Positions 30,635 through 45,134 of a DNA stretch of 64,000 nt are shown here, piece after piece (position 1 is the stretch's first letter; the number at the start of each line of letters is the position of its first letter). A program made the position numbers and the translations under genes. The notes beneath the pieces are model-generated. The model made no database searches and was not told where the DNA came from. It saw only the letters and a list, made by a program, of their open reading frames with translations. This DNA comes from Squalus acanthias (taxonomy: Eukaryota), in NCBI GenBank assembly GCA_030390025.1, contig CM059432.1, positions 35,218,001 to 35,282,000 of the forward strand, given 5' to 3'.

Positions 30635-32829
30635 TCTGAGATTGTTCTGAAATGTGCAGGGGTCCAGGCCATTGTCTAAGTAGAATATTGCCTTAAAGTA
30701 CCTTTTAACTCTTGCCATTTTTCTTTTGGTATGCTGTTAAAGTATGCATTCCTGTTGATCCTATTGGCAGGGTGTTCCAGTAATAGATGCCTGGGTTGTG
30801 TTCTAGCAGAAAGTTAAATGCAATTTTATCAAATCTGCTTCCTCTTTACTGTCTCCCCCACTACCTTTGACCCAGTTGATCATTTTACATGCCATCCAGG
30901 AGTCCCTGATTCAGTAGTTACCCATAACTCCTTCAATATACTATACCCCCATAGGAATAAAATAATTTTATGCCAGTGTAATTGATTCACCCTTGAGGCA
31001 ACTAACATTGGCTTGACAGCTGATCTGTCAGCAATTGGTAAAGGTGCCTGTGTATTAAAATCTAAACTATACTGAGACACCAATTACACAAATGTATCCT
31101 ATTGGTTTAGCTGGAATTATGTAAAATTTAAAACTGTCCCTTTACTCATTCTATTTCTCTTCCTCCCCTTCCCCCCAGCGCTCATACACAGCTCATCCCC
31201 TCTTCAAAGAAGTGCTCATTGTATCCTTCCTCTTGGTGAGGAGGTTCAGTTAGCTTTGGAAGTGGAATTAATGTTCAGTGACCACCCCATGTCACTATCA
31301 CATGTGTAGTGTCTAAAGTGGCACAAGAATCACACTAATACCACAAGTGATCTGACTCCAGGCTTGTGACTTGTGCCTGGTCTGTTCACCCTGTGGTATT
31401 ACCAGTTAACTATTCTAGAGATCTGTGTGGGATCTTGCAACTGGTTATTCTGTTGTATTGCACACTTCCGATCAACTGATCAGAGGATGCCCTAAAACAA
31501 TAAATGAGGGGAGAACCAAGAACTAAAACAAGGTGAATGGGAAGAAACAAATTTGAGTTTGGAAGCTTAAAACATCAAGGCCAAATGAATACTGGCCTCT
31601 TAGTATTGCTGCTCTGATAGGGTGAGGAATGTTCAATTTCAGAATCAGCTTCAAGAACAACCTGAAATGTTAGTAGCTGAGTTTTTTTGGGGGGTGGGGG
31701 TTTGTATCTGAAGTCACAAACTGAAATGCATTCTGGAACCCCACTGATATGAATCTGATTTGGAGACGAGGTCTGTCCACTCCAAGCCTTTTGCTTGCAG
31801 TGACCCAACTGACTATTCCCACTGTGTTTATAGGTGCTGCACTTTTCCCTTTCTCTGCCCCCCCCCCCCCCTCAAAAATCTAATGGCGACTTTATATTAA
31901 AATCAATCCATTTAAACAATGGCCCAATTAAGTTTACTTTGGCCTCAATCTGCATGTTGTAAGTCTTGCCAAAGCTTCAGGACCAGAAACTGGATTCTGC
32001 TTTACATCAACTGGCTATTGCTGTTCATTGCCTAATAAATACAGTGCTCCATCTAATATTTGTGCAATTCATGTTGTACCAGTGTAGGAAAGCAAAATTC
32101 CCTTTTCTTCTCCCTATGTCACTATCTGTGTTAATGGGCAAATGACAATGCCTTAATGGTTTGGAGTGGGTGTGTCTCTAGCTGAAGATTTGTCCAACTG
32201 CAATCTGTATGAATCTGTGTCCCTATGGAGCATATAACTGTATATAAAGACAGTAAATAAACCTTAAATATATGATGTGATTTATGCTCTTGATTTATCT
32301 ACTCCAAAGCACTACATTTTGGTTGTGATATTAAACCAATGTGGTTTTTCTTCTCTGGAGATTCAGGAGCCCATGCCACTGTTGAAGAGGGACGGAGTTC
32401 TCCCATTGTTTCTCATTCTCCCTTAATCTGTTACCCAAGTGAATTAACTGGACAATCCGCCTGTTTCTGTTGCACAATGGCTGCTGAGTTTGCCTGCATA
32501 AGTCACAACACTCCACCCATTAATTGCTTTGAGACCTGCTTTTACAAACAGTGCTTCCATTTGCAAAGTGGCATTATTGGCTGTCCCTTTTTTTTCTCCT
32601 GTCACCTAGTTGACTTTAAATGACTGTTGTAAATCTACTCCTGTAGCACATTGAGACACCAGACTGCCTACAATAAAAAACTATTGTAGCTACTTAAATC
32701 TACCAGGTGCAAGGAGGTGGTCATTCAGCCTGTGACTCCTTGTGGTCAGATCTTGTGTTGTCCCAGTGTAAGACTTAATTAAATTTGCATTTAATCTCCA
32801 AGTGGCTTCTTTAAAGAGAGGTTCTTGTG

Positions 32830-33240
32830 TAACTGCAAGTCCATTCACAACTGTAGGATGTGCCAAAGTGCTTCACGGCCAATAAAATACTTTTGAAGTG
32901 TAAGCACTGTTGTAGCCAATTTATGCACAGCAAGGTCACACAAATAACAATGAGACAAATGGCCAGATAATCTGTTTTAGGTGTTGGTTGAATAACGAAT
33001 GTTTGGCAGGACACTAGGACAATGTTCCCTTATCTTCATCCAATATCTTTATCCAATGGTGCCATTGTATCTTTTACCTGAGAGGGCCGACAAGTCTCAT
33101 CTGAAAGATGGCACCTCCAACAGTGTAGCACTCCCTCAGTAATGCACTGAACTGCCAGCCTAGATTATGTGGTCACATCTCTGGAACGGGGCTTGAATCC
33201 ACGACCTTCTGATGTGAGTGTGCTACCACTAAGCCAAGGT
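32830..33240 (-). mobile_element. Deu-like tRNA SINE
   Basis: Same head, core and tail as the copies at 11365 and 43715. Confidence 0.7.
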
Positions 33241-35632
33241 TGGTACTGAAAGACGTCCTTTCCTTTTCTTCTCATTGAAGCTTGGCCCCTTCCTCCATCA
33301 TCGTCACTTTAGAACATCCTTGAGGCTTTTCATTTTTTGAGGAAAATGGACGAAAGAAAAATGGTTCAAAATGCTGCAGACTGGTTTTCCTGTGTATAGG
33401 AAATTGATGTGTTTGGGGAGGGAAAACAGAGACTGTCCAAGGAGGTGGTGGTGGCAAATACTGTCAAAATTCAATAGGGAGCTGAATAGTCTTTTGGCAA
33501 AAGAAGTGAATAAGGGGTTTAGGGGAGGACAATCTCTCAGAATAGCCTGCAGGACCACAGTAGTGTATTTTCAGTCCTTTATATTCCATGTTCCTAAGTC
33601 CAATATTAGAATCCAGTTGGGTACAAAAGGGTTATTTTTTTTCACTTGTGTGCTCCTGGCATAGACAAACATATGAAAATGACAGGAAGTAAAAGACCTT
33701 CTGGTCCATTAACCCTGTGCCATAGTTTGTGATGCCTGAAGGATCATGATTAGACAACCCCTACTCACCAGCAGCTGTGTACTCTCCTGGGAGAAGCAAA
33801 AAAATAGCTTAAAAATCCAAGACCAATTTAGGAAAAATTCTGGAAGATTCCTCTCTGACCCTCCACCCCCCCCCCCCTTAGGTGATCAACACTAGTCTAA
33901 TAGACCACAGTGACCATGCTTATGTTACTTGTATTCAAAGACATTGATTTCCACCCAAGCCAGGAACTAAACCAGCTCTCATTTGAACATACATACGAAT
34001 TAGGAGCATGAATAGGCCATTCGAGCCTGCTCTGCCATTCAATAAGATCATGGCTGATCCAATTACTCCACATTCCCGCCTACCCCCGATAACTTTTCAC
34101 CCCCTTGCTTACCAAGAATCTATTTACCTCTGCCTTAAAAATATTCAAAGAATTTGAAGGTATGAAGAGCGTCAACGCACGAGCTGGTAACTTGTTCCAT
34201 AGGTTTACTATCCGCTGGGAGAGGGAGAACTGCCTAACATCGGACCCTTGCGTAACTCGTACGCAAGACCCCTGGAGCCTTGCTACCCGAGAGTAAATGT
34301 TAGAGAATTGTTTGCACAAGCTGGCCGTGGATGCAAAAATCACAAGCACTGAACCTCCTGATCTGTGTTCCCGGATGGTGAGGCTTTGCATCGGGGCACA
34401 CAAGCAGAACATCTACCCTGTGGGCAAGACCTGGACCTGGAAGGGATTCCTGTGTTGCAGTGGCAAGTGGCCTGGACCTTCAAAGAGTTAACTATAAATT
34501 TCATTGATTGGCCTCCGTGCTCGGGGTTGGGGGCAGATTGAAACAGTGCCGGGGAGGGGAGATGAGATGGAGGGTGGAGTAAGTCCCTTCAAAAGGGTGA
34601 ACAGAAGCCGATCTTTCCAGTATTAATGCGCCCCCCCTGTACCATGGTGCCCTCCCACTGAACCCTCAACGTTCGTAGGGGGTCAGCGTTGAAGGACATC
34701 GTCGGCCACGATCCTTTCGTAACTGGCGGGAGTGAAACTCGGGGAATTTTGGAGCCTGTTTCTTTTTTAAATAAAAAGCCTTTTTTGTGAAGTGAGCAAA
34801 CACAAGGGAAGAAGGCGTGAGCAGGCTGCTTGTGTTATGCTGAGTAATCGGGCCTGGCAGGACCTTAGTCCTGGCAAGCTGTCTCTTCAGTGTAAATTAA
34901 ATCGCGTTGGGAATCAGTCAGCACTTTCTGATGGCATAAGGCCCCAGGTACGGATCAATAGTCTGCTCACCATCTGTTCCACGGTAATTCAACCCACGGA
35001 GGCTATTTTGGGCATTGCAGTACGAATAATTTAGTCGATGATTTCTGCTCTTTCATTTTGTTCCTGCATATTACTGCAGTGCAAAGTCATTCCGAGGTCC
35101 TTTGGAAATCAAACAAACCTAATGTGTTTCTATTTTTTTAATCTTTTCTCTCCTGCTGACAATAGAAATCTAATATTCCATTTGAGTGACTGCACTTCCT
35201 CTCCCAAGCTAAAGGCGGATGTGAAGTAACTTTTTAATTATGATTTATTTTTTGTTCTCGTGCATAATCCACTCGGCCTTGAAGTCTACTAATCCGTTTT
35301 TAATTTGTTCTTGCGATTCAGGTGGCACTGGCTAGGCCGCATTTATTGCCCATCCCTTGTAGCTTTGAGGGCATTAAGAGTCAACCACTGGAGTCATGTG
35401 TAGGTCAGACCTGGTAGAGGTGACAGGTTCCATTCCCTGAAGGACAATAGTGAATCAGTCGGTTTTTAGGACAATCCAGCAGTACCCCACCATTCCCTGT
35501 GGAAGGATTGTCCAATGTTTCTCAAGATGTAAATCAAGCAAAGCTCAAGGTAACTTTACATCATTTGTCCTTCACCAGTTAGGGTAGGCTCGTGTAGTGG
35601 TTATGGTACTGGACAGGCAGCCCAGATAGTTA

Positions 35633-36480
35633 GGGGGCGATTTTGCCGGCGCTCAGGGGTCGGGTTTGGAGGTGGGACTGCTGGCAAAATCAAAAAGATT
35701 GGCAGCGGGTCCCGAACCCGCTCCCAACCCGCCTCCAATCAATCTTCCCGGGAGTCGGGTCCCCGATTTGCGCAGGGACCCGACTTCTAGCTGCAGGAAG
35801 AGGATTATAGCCACTTAATTGCTTGTTAACAGGTAGTTAACAGGCAGTTAAGAGGCTTTTTCCAATTTTTACACTTCTACTGCGGGCTTCCTAGGGTAAG
35901 TGTGGCGTGCTGTGGGTCTGCTGTAATGTTTATGTATAGATGACAGCTGCAGGAGTGGTGTGAAGGATCCAATGGGACATTGGTGAGTTGCAGAGGTAAG
36001 AAAATGTTGGGAAAGTCATTTTTAATGTGTTTAGAATTTTCTGTACGTGACAAGCTTTGAAGTGTCTGTGTAGTCCCACCTCATTGGGAGAACCTCTCTC
36101 ACCAGTGACAGATCGCTTCTGTAACCGCACCTGCTGCTGCCATCTGTTTTAGCCTAAGGAGAGAGTCACTGGAGAGCCTGGGAGCAAGGGCTCACCTTTG
36201 AACAGTGAGTGACAGCATTGAGGTGCTGCAAACACTGAAAAAATCATGTCAAAAAGAAATGGTGGTGGCCCCTTTAAGAAAACTGGCAGATGACACGTCA
36301 TCAACTGACGTCATCTGACACTGGCTTTCTCTTAATTGGCCGGCAAGCCCGCAGGGCGGGCTTAACAAGGCCAATTGACGCAAAATAGCGTCTGTGCGTC
36401 GGACGTCGCTGGGGGCGGGACTAGAGCCCGAAAGGCAGCAGTCCCACCCCCAACGCGCCTCTTCAGGTAAGATCCCGGCC
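35633..36480. mobile_element. Harbinger deletion-derivative MITE
   Basis: TTA TSD (35630-35632, 36481-36483); imperfect TIRs; internal 36072-36150 resembles 21161-21245 of the large Harbinger; splits a SINE. Confidence 0.75.
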
Positions 36481-39154
36481 TTAGAGTTCAATTCTCACCA
36501 GGGCAGGTTGTGAAAGTGAATTCAATAAATCCAGAGGAAGAAAAATGACCATGAACATTGCTGGATTGTTGTAAAAACCCAACTGGTTCACTAATGTCCA
36601 TCAGAGAAGGGATCCTGTTCCCCCTTACCTCAACTGGCCTACATGCGACTCCAGTCCCAAACTATATGATGGTCTCTTAATGCCCTCTATTCAGTTGCAA
36701 AAATCAGTTCATACAGTAACTTAGTCAGGTAGTCGAGTTGAGGGGCCTTTCACATTGAGATGACAGTGGATCTGGGTCTATGTCTACTGTTTGACATTGA
36801 CTCTGAAAAGAACTTCATATGAGCAACTACAACCACCTGCTACATAAATGGAAGATGAAGGATAGCCTGATGCAACTGTGGAGTGGCTATCCAAATCATG
36901 GAGCATCCAGTGAAGCTAAGATCCTGTTGGAATAACCTTGATTCATTCCGTATCACCAAAGGCCATAGAACTTAGACGTCAACATTTAATGCCCACATAG
37001 CCTTTTCCAGCAGGAATCACTGGATGGTGCTCAGATATTGAACCCGAGGCCAACTGTAGCAGCCTACTGCCTCCTCGACTGAGATCTGCTTTTCTAGTAG
37101 TCTATTCCCCATCTCTCTGATTCCATTGAGTCCATGACCTCAAATCCTGTTCGAGGTTTGATAGTTTTATAGTGACGTCCAGTACTCTGAGCTGAATTGA
37201 TGGTAGGCTGCAGCCGACTTCAAGCCATTAGAGAGAGTACAGCACCATTAGGGTTTGGGGTGGGGGGGGGGGGGGGGGAACGGGCACGGGCACGGAAAAG
37301 AGGCCAGGTAGTTGGAACAAGCCCCTAAATTGGCAGCAGTTGCTGGTGCAAGATTCCAAGGTGACACCATCACAACCCACTTTGGCATCTGGTATGTCAT
37401 CAGTAAACTTAGGCAAAAAGTAATCTGTATGTTCGTAAAAAGACATTGTTCCACAACAAAAAGACTGCAAACTCTAATAAATCCAAACCTTACAACTGCA
37501 AATGAGTTGACAAAATAACAAACGAATGTCCGTGCCAATTAAAAGCTGTAAAAAAAAAAGGCTGCGTGGTGCCCCTTTTGGCCTGCAGGGTAGGAACAGG
37601 AGTAGGCCATTCAGCCCCTCAGGCCTGTTCCGGTACAGTTCAGCCATGATCTAATTGAATGGCGGAGCAGGCTAGAGAGCCTGAATGGTCTATACTCCTG
37701 TTCCTAATTTTCCTAAGAATTTAGAAAGGTGTTTGTAAGAGGTTTTCCTAAGGATAGTAAAGTGGTTCTCGTGGTTCCTTGGGAAGCATAATGTTTTTCT
37801 TGTACAGTGCAGCTTCATAAATAAATATGTTTATATTGTCTCACTATCCAGAACAGAAAATAAAGACATGGCTGGTTGCATCAATATACAACCTCTGGCT
37901 CAAACAGCCATCTTGTGGGGAAGAGAAAAAATGTCATCTGAAACACAACGCAGAATTTTTATTTAATGGCTCAACATTTTTTTTTAATCTGAATTTTTTT
38001 CTCGGTGCTTTGTCTTTAGTGATGTAAATTTTGTAGTTGGGTGCCAGACTGTTCTAGAGTGTTCTCAAATTCTCTGTATAAACAAAAGAAAGTACGGCTG
38101 TTGTAATCACTCACCCTGCACTTATCCCCGCCTCTCTCAAAAATAATAGGTTTGATGTGAAAATTCTATCACAATTCATCTTCCAAATTGTTTTCAAATT
38201 ATTTGGAAAATCAAAGAAACTCACTAATACTGTTGCACAATGAGGAATGACACACTTTGACCTTTGTACGAGTAAAGCAAATACATTTTTTAATAAACAA
38301 TCACTGCTTTCAAACTCTCAGTATAAATAAAAGTACAGGTACTGTGATCATCCCTTTTGTGGTTGTGTGTGTGTCTTTCTCTCTTTTGATCCAAGCTTCT
38401 CGTTGAAGTAAAATGAAACACTTAATAGCTTAAAAATAAAACTTCACTTGATTTATAAAAACATTAATCTTCAGCTTATTTTCAAATCATTTGAAAAAAA
38501 CAAGGTCGGAATCCCTGTTGCAGCATAAGCACTTCCAGTTATACACAGAGAATCATAGGATTCCACGCTGGGAATATTTCACACCACACCCCTCAAAGTG
38601 TGACAGGTGAGTATCAGGAGGGATTGATGGCACAGGGACAAGTGGCAAAAGAATCAGCATGGCAACATCACCAAAGCATTGCCAACCTGGAAATAGCAGG
38701 CTCTGTCCTCTGCACCGCCATGGGAGATCAACCTCTCCAGGAGGCGCTATTCCTCTAATGGGGAACGGTTCCACCTCACCCAAGTGGCCATTACTCATGG
38801 GTGAACCTTTGCAGGCTATTTCTCCATGGGGGGGGGGGGGGGGGGGGGGGAGGAGAGAAACAAGAGGGGTATCACAGCTTACCCCAAAGCTGTCCTAACC
38901 CAACACAAAGTAGGGTTCAAATCTGAGACCTACCTGTATCTATGGCTTAACAACTCACTGGATGATCTCACTGAGCCATTGGGAGCAGCCGAGGCAGCAG
39001 GTTTTGCTCGATTATTCAACTGTGGAGGGCGTCACAGCTGAGTCCAATTCTGTCCCCACCCAAACATACAACAGCTCGCACTTCACTTTGGAACGACATG
39101 CCAGAGTCCACTGCAGATCCGCGAATGAAATGGACACGGAAGGAATGAAAGAAC

Positions 39155-39550
39155 TAACTTGCATTTATATAGCACCTTTCACGATCTCAGAACATCCCAA
39201 AGTGCTTTACAGCCAAAGAAGTATTTCTAAAGTGTAGTCACTGTTATGTTAGAAATGTGGGAGCCAAATTGCGCACAGCAAGGTCCCACAAACAGCAATG
39301 AGATAATGACCAGATAATCTGTTTTAGTGATGTTGGTTGAGGGATAAATATTGGCCAGGACATCGGGAAGAATTCTCCTGCTCTTCTTCCAATAGTGCCG
39401 TGGGATCTCCACGTTCACCTGAGAGGGTAGATGGATTAACATTTCATCTGAAAGACAACACGTCAGACAGTGCAACATCCCCTCAGTATTGCACAACGTG
39501 TCAGCCTGGTTTATGTGCTCAAGTCTCTGGAGTGGGGCTTGAGCCCATGA
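39155..39550 (-). mobile_element. Deu-like tRNA SINE
   Basis: Same family consensus as the other copies. Confidence 0.7.
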
Positions 39551-39633
39551 CCACCCTCATCTCTCACCCTCACTTTTCCCTTGTTCTTTCAAACAAATAC
39601 AAGCAAGCTCTGGTTTGGTTTCCATAGGCTGAG

Positions 39634-39639
39634 TTTATT
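39634..39639 (-). terminator. Candidate polyadenylation signal of NACAD
   Basis: AATAAA on the - strand about 105 nt after the stop codon. Confidence 0.5.
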
Positions 39640-39744
39640 AGTGGTATAACAGATGCAAACTTGTATGATTTACAGTTTGGTTATAGTTTATAATGTTGAT
39701 AATATCCAGCGAATATATATAGAAATAGATCTTCTTTTTGCGGT

Positions 39745-39759
39745 TTACATTGTTAATTC
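39745..39759 (-). CDS. NACAD: NACAD last coding exon (ELTM*)
   Basis: Acceptor ctctag then GAA TTA ACA ATG TAA, the conserved NAC-alpha C-terminus. Confidence 0.85.
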   Translation of the reverse strand, partial: ELTM

Positions 39760-39870
39760 CTAGAGGGGACAAAAAGAAAATATTTAAACAGTTGTACTCA
39801 TGATAAAGCTTGAGGCCCATGTCCTCTTCACCGGTGTCCCTCGGCTGATGGACTAGTCCATGTGACTCCA

Positions 39871-40474
39871 GGGGTTGATTTTAACTCGACCCGCCCAGCA
39901 GCAACTGGGCAGATAGGCAGTTAAAATCAACTTGAGTGTTTTACCCGCTGATATCTGGCCTGGATCCTTCGGTGTTCAATTTTAATCTGCCCTCTGAGCA
40001 GGCGACAAAGACACTCGGCAGGGTTCTTCATTAAATATGCAGATCAGTTTTAACTCTGGCCAAAGCAAGGAAGCCACTGTAGCTTTCCTGCCAGGACAGG
40101 GCCTGTCAGAAGAGGATCGGAAGCAGTTTCTTACTTTCCTTTTTGGGGCCAGGAGGAGGAAGACTGTTCCTCCGGGCTCCACAAGGAAAGTTTAGGCCTC
40201 CCCCAGCCCCGGACTCATTCCCGTCCCGTCCTGTCCCTCCCACCGTACCACTAGACCCCCGTGGAATCCCTGTTTCCTACACTTACTTGAGAGCTGGCGA
40301 GCAGCCCTTGGCCGCCTGAATTTCCACAGGCCGGCAGACGCTCCTCGCACACAACCCACCTGATCCAGGTGGGAGTTGGCCGGCAGCATGTTAATGAGGC
40401 CCAGCGGTTAAGAGCGCATTACCTAATTCCGCCGTGGGCAGGCGGCATTCCTGCCAACGGTTAAAATACACCTC
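39871..40474. mobile_element. Harbinger-like MITE (degraded)
   Basis: Imperfect TIRs ggggttgattttaac ... gttaaaatacacctc; GC-rich; no clear TSD. Confidence 0.5.
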
Positions 40475-40575
40475 GAGTTACTGTTCATTGCCCGCCCATC
40501 CGCTTGTGGAATAATATTCTCGGGCTGTGGGCGACGCTGGCAAGGCCGCATCTATTGTCAATCCCTGGAAAACTA

Positions 40576-40970
40576 CAGGAAACTCTTTATTAACCGGCAC
40601 CGACGGGACCGGCGTGGTGCCGGTTTATCGAAAGTACCGGATAACGGAGAGTTATATCTACCGAGGCTATTTTTAAACAAAGAAAAATAAATAAATCAAG
40701 AAATGTGCAGTATACTTCCGACAGCGCCAGGAGGCCGAGTAGTGGCACTTTTGAAAACTACCCCTACTGACTAAATCGGCGTTCGCGGACTCGGGATCGG
40801 CAACATTGCCGGTTATTTGAGAGGAGTTTTCGGAGTACTCTGCGTTCGCGGAGACTCGACTGCGACTCGGCAACATTGCCGGTTATTTGAGAGGAGTTTT
40901 CGGAGGATGATTTTTGCCAGTTAAGCGAGAATTCCGGATATTTGGGTGCCGGATAAACAAAAGTTTCCTG
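40576..40970. mobile_element. Tc1/mariner (pogo/Tigger-like) MITE
   Basis: TA TSD; 26-bp TIRs CAGGAAACTCTTTATTAACCGGCACC ... GGTGCCGGATAAACAAAAGTTTCCTG; internal duplication of about 38 bp. Confidence 0.85.
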
Positions 40971-41402
40971 TATTTGGTCATAAAACTGAATGGCCTGAGA
41001 GGGCATTAAGAATCAACCAGGTAGTGGGGGACTGGAGTCATAAGTAGGCCCAGACAGGGTCGTGTAGCAGTTCCCTTCCCTGAGGAACATTAGTGAATCA
41101 GTTGAGTTTCTAACAACAATCCAACTACTTTCAAGGTCATTTTTTTTTCTGCCGCTGAGCGTTTCCAGCATTTTCTGATTTTATTTCAGATTTCCAGCAT
41201 CTACGGTATTTTTCTTTTTGTTCAGGAGATGGAACGAGACAGTCCCAGACTCATCTCCCTCGAGACCCTTACCACCGACAGAGAAAGGAGACTTTCAACT
41301 CATCAGTCTGAGCCAAACCCAATCCAGGGCCCAAAGGTGAAGGATCAGGCCAGTGTCCAAACCCACTTTACCATCCAATCTACCTTCTCCAAACAAGCAT
41401 CA

Positions 41403-41660
<258 letters not shown>

Positions 41661-42383
41661 TCATTACCCTTGGAACCTCCCTAACAATGACGCTGTGCCT
41701 TACTGGATTAAGCACCAATGCTTATCTCCCAATGAGCCTGTTGGCTCCATTTGTTTTTCTTTTTCAGTGAACATACTAAGGCGTGCCATCCATACTGGGC
41801 CAGTAGAGGCCCCTGTCTCTCTCGCTCGCTTTCAGCACTGGGAATCCAATCAGCCCCTAGAGTTGATGCCAGGAAAATGATATCGAGGAAGCAGTGGCGC
41901 CTGATGAGCACTGTATGAAGGAATATGAGCAGCAGCCTTCCTTTATAAAAATTAATTTACAGGATGTGGGCATCATTGGCAAGCTCATCCCTAGTTGCCC
42001 TGAGCAGGTGGTGGTGGACCTTCTTGAAGCCTAAACTATATAAATTAGGTAAAGAGAACTGAGTTTTCCTTCACCCACATGGATATGAGGTAACTGTGTC
42101 ATAGGGAGACAAGAATTTATAGGAATGGTAAAGACTATTAGGCCCAAGCCATCTCTTTTCAATCAATCTCCTACTAACCATCTCCCTGAATTCTACAAAC
42201 ATAGCTAATTGCCTCGATCCTACTTATACAGTCCATTTCAATGTCCTTCCCTAGGTAACTTGTCCCACAACTGTATTGCCCCTTTGGGTAAAAAGGTTCC
42301 TCCCCAGACTTCCCTTCTTACTCCTAACTTCCTTATTTTTAACTTGTGTCCCGTGGGATTTGAACCAGTCTCCATGGTGACCA

Positions 42384-42986
42384 TGTTAGAGATTAAGCTC
42401 AAGAGATAGTAAAGGAATAATTTATATTAGGTTCCATTTTATATTAGCTGTAGAGTTAAAAATGTAAAACTAAAAACCTGCAAGTGTAGCTGATAGGCAA
42501 TATTTGTAGAATATCAAGAAATATGTAAGGCTGAAACTGTCGTCATATAAGATAGCCTTGGATAGTTCTAATCTTATGGATACATCTATACATTTATTCT
42601 TTTCTGTACATGTAGATAAATAAGGTAGTTTGTGTTATGTCCTGAGATCGTGCTGTGAAGCTTTTTTTGAGTCTTTAGTATGTTGAGCTAATAATACCTA
42701 ATGTAAAACCTAGAATGAAGGTCATGGAGGAGGTGACGTAATGGTCTTTTTAGCTGAGCTTAAAAAGCAAGACCATTGTAATGCGAGATCGGAAGAAGGA
42801 GAAGAAAGAGAGAGGAGAAAAGGTTGCGCTCAACTGGCTGTAATGTGCATTCTTCTGCGACAAACCATCTCTTGTAATCTCGGTATTGGCTGCAAGTGTT
42901 TTACACCGTGTTTCAAACTCATTCATGGCACACAAACAAAGGATTACAGCCTCTGTCTATATTATTACAAAAACACATTCCCAACA
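42384..42986 (+). mobile_element. Solo LTR (603 bp), Gypsy/ERV-like
   Basis: TGTT...AACA termini; 4-bp TSD ACCA (42380-42383, 42987-42990); splits a minus-strand CR1 tail. Orientation is tentative. Confidence 0.75.
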
Positions 42987-43522
42987 ACCACTTTACCTGG
43001 ATCCTTGTTTTCAGAGCTCTTCCTAATCTTGAAATTGTCTATTAGTTTGCCTCTAAGCTCCGTCTTCTCCTAAGAAAATACGCCCCCATCATGCTTAACC
43101 TTTCCTCTCACCTTCAATTCCCGACATCCGATGCTTGTCTCCATATTCCCTCAGGGGCACTGCATTTATTTCCGTTGCCATTTCTTTGAGTTTTGTGCTG
43201 ACTGCTTTTTTCTTTTCAGTTTGCATCTGTGGGTTTTCAGGTTTTTTTCCCCAGAAAGGAAAGAAAAACATGAAACCCACTGAATCGGCCGTCTGTTTGT
43301 TTTCTGCCTAATTCCAATATGGCCGCCTCGTGGTTCCTGGATCCCCAACTGGATGGCGAGTGGCGCCACCTCTCAAAACTATCACTGGAGCAGAGCCATT
43401 CCATCCCTTCCAGTACTGGGCATAGTCAGGAAAGCACATAGGGAAAATCAGGATACTATAAAGGAAACACAGGATCTGGGAGCACTGAAGGGGGTCCCCA
43501 ATTATCTCCTCCTCCCCCTTTA

Positions 43523-44165
<643 letters not shown>

Positions 44166-44574
44166 TGGGACCTATGAGTGGGGGCACAGATAATTACCCC
44201 GGCCTTGCTCAGTCTTTTCTCTGCCTCTTGCTAGGGGGCGGAGATCCACGGGCAGCAGCCACCCTCCCAGCACCTCAACCAAATGGCCGTGCCTTGAGAG
44301 TGGGACAGAATGATGTGGCTGGGATTTTCTGTGCTAGCAGACTCCAAGGATGATGCTGGCGGAGCAGGCTTTGCAGCCCCCCTCACCCCCCACTACTTCC
44401 TGCCCAGGTTTCCTAACTCTGTTGAGGACCGGGATAGAAAATGGAGATGGCAGGCCTCAGTTGATTCTCCCTTTATAACTGTGGCAGGAGCCCATCCTTC
44501 GCCCACGCGATCGATCGGCCCTTGATCAATGGCTTGGCCTCAGGCGGAGACAATGGGGAGGACGTTTTGCTTCG

Positions 44575-45130
44575 ATTATATGAAGCCTTGGTCAGACCCC
44601 ATCTGGAGAACTGAGTTCAGTTTTGAACACCGCACCTCGGGAAGGATATATTGGCCTTGGGGGCCGGGGGGGTGCAACGCAGATTCACCAGAATTAAGCC
44701 GGGGCTAAAAGGATTAAATTATGAGGACAGGTTGCCTACACTTGGCTTGTATTCATTTTGTTAAGAATGTTGTGGGGTGATCCGATCAAGGTGTTTCACA
44801 CGTTCAAAGAATTTGATAGGGTGGATACAGAGAAGCTATTTCCTCTGGTGGGGGAATCCCGAACAAGGGAGCACAATCTTAAAATTAGAGCTAGATCAGA
44901 AAGCATTTTTTAAATGCACAGGGTATTAGAAATCTGCAACTTACTCCCCCAAAAGGCTGAGAGTGTTGGGTGAATTGAAACTCAAGACTGAGGTAGATAG
45001 ATTTTTGTTAGGTGTTATCAAGGGATATAAAGCAAAGGCGGGCAAAAGGAGTTGAGGTACAGATCAGCCATGATCTAATTGAATGGCAACAGGCTTGAGG
45101 GGCAAAATGGTCTACTCCTGTACTTATGCT
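44575..45130 (+). mobile_element. CR1 LINE 3' fragment
   Basis: ALVRPHLE-like start and CR1 3' UTR (gatcagccatgatc). Confidence 0.7.
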
Positions 45131-45134
45131 CCAC

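Noticed and set aside
34297..34491. Cys-rich 64-aa ORF as a zinc-finger protein
   Set aside because: Short, non-ATG start, no consistent finger spacing and no splice support.
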